A stretch of DNA of 64,000 nt from Phoronis australis (Eukaryota > Animalia > Phoronida): contig NMRA01000075.1 of NCBI GenBank assembly GCA_002633005.1, positions 296,641 through 360,640 on the forward strand, in the 5' to 3' direction. The position numbers and the translations under genes were made by a program. The notes below the pieces were generated by a model. The model saw only the letters and a program-made list of their open reading frames with translations, did not search any database and was not told the DNA's origin. Below are positions 63,276 through 64,000 of the stretch, piece by piece (position 1 is the stretch's first letter; every line of letters begins with the position of its first letter).

Positions 63276-64000
63276 CTCAAAAAGAAAGTTTTGTTTGTAT
63301 TTTGTGCTGAAGTTTTGATGACAGCCGTGACTTTGAATTCACGGTCACATTTAGAAAATCAAAATTTTACTTGGATAACATTTGCCCATGCAATTTTGTG
63401 TATTTACACAAAGGTATAGGTGGCCTATCTCCAGGTGTTAGTCACATTTTGAAGGTCACAATATGCAATTACATAGCCCTGAATGCCGCATCTAACCCAG
63501 CAACCAACCAAGGGGTTACGTGTAGCCTAAGGTCACTGTAGCATTTTCATTTCATTGACCTAATAGACATGAAAATACATCAGTTATTTTTGTGTTCACA
63601 AAGGTTGAGAGAGGCTTTCATAACATTGGTTTCAAAATCATTACCATTTAAAATTATGAAAGCCTTGAAAACTATCACATCCTGATAGGCATAGCAGTGA
63701 CACATCTTTGAACATTGGGTGGCCTTCGGTCCTGGGCGGTAGCCCCAGGTGCAGGCCTTCATCTAGGTGGCATCTAGGGTGTCCAACTACGCAACCTGAC
63801 ATAAATTTAGACACATTAGGTAGGTTGCCCTATTTAGCTTTTGGACGCCCAAGTAAAGTGTACCATTTTTTTATTTAGCTAACAACAGCCCTGGAAGCTA
63901 ACTGTCCTGGCCGAATAAGAAAGTTAAGACATGGTGTAAGATGGGATAGACTTTATTACAGACCACAGTAACATTCCACACCATAACAGCGATTTGACTT

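Overview
Eukaryotic, AT-rich invertebrate-animal genomic DNA with spliceosomal GT-AG introns; the species cannot be determined from the sequence. 1-24.5 kb: the 3' 25 coding exons (hand-spliced, 4961 nt, about 1650 aa, all splice phases consistent) of a + strand laminin alpha-chain gene. It encodes the last laminin EGF module, a CxxC, a ~580-aa coiled coil and five LG domains, and carries an in-frame fibronectin type II (FN2) domain exon in the middle of the coiled coil, which is the most unusual feature of the window. 24.7-27.3 kb: a Helentron/HINE-like element with a 1183-bp head-to-tail duplication. 27.4-29.2 kb (-): an intronless LRR-Ig-TM receptor gene ending in a PDZ ligand (ETSV), disabled by a frameshift and an in-frame TGA. 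29.3-64 kb: a dense field of decayed transposons (Crypton-like, Penelope GIY-YIG, THAP, Academ, LINE RT, Gypsy, YqaJ exonuclease, Kolobok, several MITEs) containing one intact phase-1/1 FN3 exon. There is one assembly gap (62146-62283). All family assignments come from manual translation and motif recognition, not database searches.
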